Shown here one piece after another: positions 37,300-39,386 of a stretch of DNA of 39,386 bases. Numbering within the stretch: the first letter of the stretch is position 1; each line of letters opens with the position of its first letter. Both the position numbers and the translations under genes were made by a program. This DNA is from a virus (Duplodnaviria > Heunggongvirae > Uroviricota > Caudoviricetes), in IMG/VR virus record IMGVR_UViG_642979322_000008; one strand, written 5' to 3'. The notes beneath the pieces are model-generated. The model did no database searches, was not told where the DNA came from, and saw only the letters and a list, made by a program, of their open reading frames with translations.

Positions 37300-37528
37300 A
37301 TACGCGTGATCCTACCTTCACTGTATAAAAAGTCAATAAAATGATCATTTTATGATCGTTTTCACCACCTAACTCTTCGTTTTCTTTAAGTAAATAATCA
37401 CCTCCCTGAATCATTGTTGATGACTTTTCAATCTATTTGTTGTATCAATTAAACAAATCGAATCGATCGTTTTTGTCGATCGATTGCATGAGAAAGGCAT
37501 CAACAACAAAGCAGGAGGTTATGCGGTC
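37300..37528. promoter_or_regulatory. com-mom upstream control region with GATC cluster
   Basis: GATC at about 37309, 37343, 37354, 37459 and 37473; palindrome CGATCG-N-CGATCG; RBS AGGAGG before com ATG. Confidence 0.5.
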
Positions 37529-37729
37529 ATGTATCGAAACATACGGTGCCGACACTGCAATAAGCTACTGGCACGGGCCAGTTTCAGTTATCTGGAAGTA
37601 AAATGTCCGCGCTGTAAAACCCTCAATCAAATCACATCTCCGAGCGCCACAGAGCACCCCACATACACAAGGAAATCCTGTCGTGGGGAACAGAAAGCAA
37701 GTCACATCCCGAATCATCAGCACGCCTGA
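37529..37729 (+). CDS. com: Com zinc-finger translational activator of mom
   Basis: [17 protein letters not shown]...EVKCPRCK matches Mu Com Cys4 pattern (IRCKNCNKLL...EIRCPRCK) as recalled; overlaps the mom start. Confidence 0.8.
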   Translation: MYRNIRCRHCNKLLARASFSYLEVKCPRCKTLNQITSPSATEHPTYTRKSCRGEQKASHIPNHQHA

Positions 37730-38420
37730 ACTTATTCGCTATAACGACAATATCGTTGGTTATGGCTCCCGTGAGTTGCGGGTTGAGACAATAAGTTGCT
37801 GGCTGGCCAGACTGGTCATCGTCAATAAACATTACAGCCACCGTTTCGTAAATAACTCCTACCTTCATCTGGGCATATTTTCAGAACGGGAACTTGTTGG
37901 CGTAATGCAATGGGGTTACGCCCTTAACCCAAACAGTGGTGCACGCGTCGTAACGGGTACGCAGAACCGAGAATATATGGAGCTTAACCGGCTATGGCTG
38001 CATGACTGTATGCCGAGAAACTCCGAATCAAGGGCAATCAGTTACGCGCTCAAGCTAATCAGGCAGCTTTATCCGCAGGTACAGTGGGTTCAGTCGTTTG
38101 CAGATGAGCGTTGTGGCTGTCTTGGTGTCGTGTATCAGGCAAGCAATTTTGATTATGTAGGCAGCCATGAATCAATATTCTATGAACTTGATGGCGAGTG
38201 GTATCACGAGATTTGCAGGAATGCCATTAAACGAGGCGGACAACGAGGTGAACATCTGAGGGCTAATATTGACAGAGCCAGTGTTCATAAGTTCCGACAG
38301 TTTCGTTACATCCGGTTTCTGAACAAGAGGGCCAGAAAACGCCTCAACACAAAGCTATTCAAAGTCCAGCCTTACCCAAAACCACAAACAGTTAAAACTG
38401 GTTTGAAAGAGAGTGAATGA
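37683..38420 (+). CDS. mom: Mom DNA-modification enzyme (adenine N6-carbamoylmethylation)
   Basis: 245-aa ORF directly after and overlapping com, last gene before the prophage right end; start codon uncertain. Confidence 0.8.
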   Translation: MGNRKQVTSRIISTPELIRYNDNIVGYGSRELRVETISCWLARLVIVNKHYSHRFVNNSYLHLGIFSERELVGVMQWGYALNPNSGARVVTGTQNREYMELNRLWLHDCMPRNSESRAISYALKLIRQLYPQVQWVQSFADERCGCLGVVYQASNFDYVGSHESIFYELDGEWYHEICRNAIKRGGQRGEHLRANIDRASVHKFRQFRYIRFLNKRARKRLNTKLFKVQPYPKPQTVKTGLKESE

Positions 38421-38439
38421 GCGCTTAAAAACTCATTCT

Positions 38440-38550
38440 AAAACTCAAAAGAAAAGCGCCGATTTAGTATCAAATAAGTTGCGTATCGGCGTTTTTCAGC
38501 GGTATCAAATGAAATGCAAATCGGTATCAAAAAAATCGCCGCGCTATACA
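38440..38550. repeat. prophage right end (attR) with candidate transposase-binding repeats
   Basis: Three GTATCAAA-type repeats (about 38467, 38502, 38524); element ends ...CTATACA, whose complement reads 5'-TGTAT like the Mu left-end start. Confidence 0.55.
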
Positions 38551-39386
38551 CGCATCGTTCCATTCAGCAGCGCGATATCTGCATGGTGTTTCAGTCATAC
38601 GCTCTGTTCCCGCATATGTCGCTGGGCGAAAACGTCGGCTACGGGTTAAAGATGCTCGGCGTGTCGCGTAGCGAAGTAAAGCAGCGGGTGAAAGAGGCGC
38701 TGGCAATGGTGGATCTGGAAGGGTTCGAGGACCGCTATGTCGACCAGATTTCCGGTGGTCAGCAACAGCGCGTGGCGCTGGCCCGCGCGTTGATCCTCAA
38801 ACCAAAGGTGCTGCTGTTTGATGAGCCGTTAAGTAACCTCGATGCCAACCTGCGCCGCAGCATGCGCGATAAGATCCGCGAGCTGCAAAAGCAGTTTAAT
38901 ATCACGTCGCTCTACGTGACTCACGATCAAAGTGAGGCCTTCGCGGTTTCCGACACTGTGCTGGTGATGAATAAAGGTCACATCATGCAGATTGGCTCAC
39001 CGCAGGATCTCTATCGTCAGCCAGCCTCCCGCTTTATGGCAAGTTTTATGGGCGACGCCAACCTGTTCCCGGCGAACTTTAGCGAAGAGTATGTCGATAT
39101 CTACGGTTATCGCCTGCCGCGCGCGGCGCATTTCCCGGTGCAAGGTAGCGGCACCGTCGGCATTCGCCCGGAAGCCATCACCTTAAGCAATCACGGCGAA
39201 GAGAGTCAGCGTTGTGTTATTCGCCATGTCGCCTACATGGGGCCGCAGTACGAAGTGACCGTAGAGTGGCATGGACAGGAGATTTTATTACAAGTAAACG
39301 CCACCCGTTTACAGCCCGATATTGGTGAGCACTATTACCTCGAAATCCATCCTTACGGGATGTTTGTTTTAGCGGATGCGGCATAA
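38551..39386 (+). pseudogene. fbpC: host ABC-transporter ATP-binding protein gene (ferric-uptake FbpC/AfuC-like), 5' part missing due to prophage insertion
   Basis: Frame reads ...[23 protein letters not shown] (Q-loop), LSGGQQQRV signature, Walker B LLFDEP, H-loop VTHDQ and C-terminal regulatory domain; Walker A absent, so the N-terminal ~60 codons lie elsewhere. Gene name from recalled similarity only. Confidence 0.6.

Larger units (their letters stand above)
1..38550 (+). mobile_element. Mu-like transposable prophage (left end outside window; right end near 38550)
   Basis: Colinear Mu gene order: repressor, ner, A, B, gam, gemA, Mor/C, lys, terminase, portal, F, G, I, T, sheath, tube, tape measure, baseplate, tail fibre, invertible segment, gin, com, mom; right end carries three GTATCAAA-type repeats and terminates in CA. 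Confidence 0.85.

Noticed and set aside
1-38550. Tyrosine integrase and att site at a tRNA
   Set aside because: No integrase-like ORF is present; the element carries Mu-type DDE transposase A plus B and ends inside a protein-coding gene, consistent with transposition.
38413-38649. 78-aa plus-strand ORF spanning the prophage end
   Set aside because: Crosses the transposase-binding repeats and the prophage-host junction in a different frame from the host ABC gene; most likely spurious.

Overview
Almost the whole window (1 to about 38550) is a Mu-like transposable prophage in Mu gene order; only the last ~840 bp are host DNA, the 3' part of an ABC-transporter ATPase gene (fbpC-like) that the prophage interrupts. 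The left prophage end lies beyond the window start. Order: divergent repressor/ner switch with operator repeats, transposase A and B, a semi-essential early region of small unknown genes with gam and gemA, a Mor/C-family activator, lysis genes (SAR endolysin, spanins), terminase, portal, F, G, I protease/scaffold, T major head, tail sheath, tube, chaperone, tape measure, baseplate genes, tail fibre with a Gin-type invertible segment, gin invertase, com-mom DNA-modification module, then the right end. Departures from canonical Mu that merit a second look: (1) a ~2.7 kb cargo block between gin and com-mom encoding a 679-aa SGNH/SASA-type O-acetylesterase-like protein plus two small genes, followed by a structured non-coding stretch; (2) an AT-rich two- to four-gene island at 8192-9224 inside the early region; (3) a perfect (GCCGAA)15 in-frame repeat in a small head-region gene; (4) a shortened invertible segment with only one tail-fibre assembly gene; (5) a tRNA-like element between F and G. 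All calls rest on reading the ORF translations and sequence by eye; no database search was run, so family assignments are from recalled similarity and gene order.
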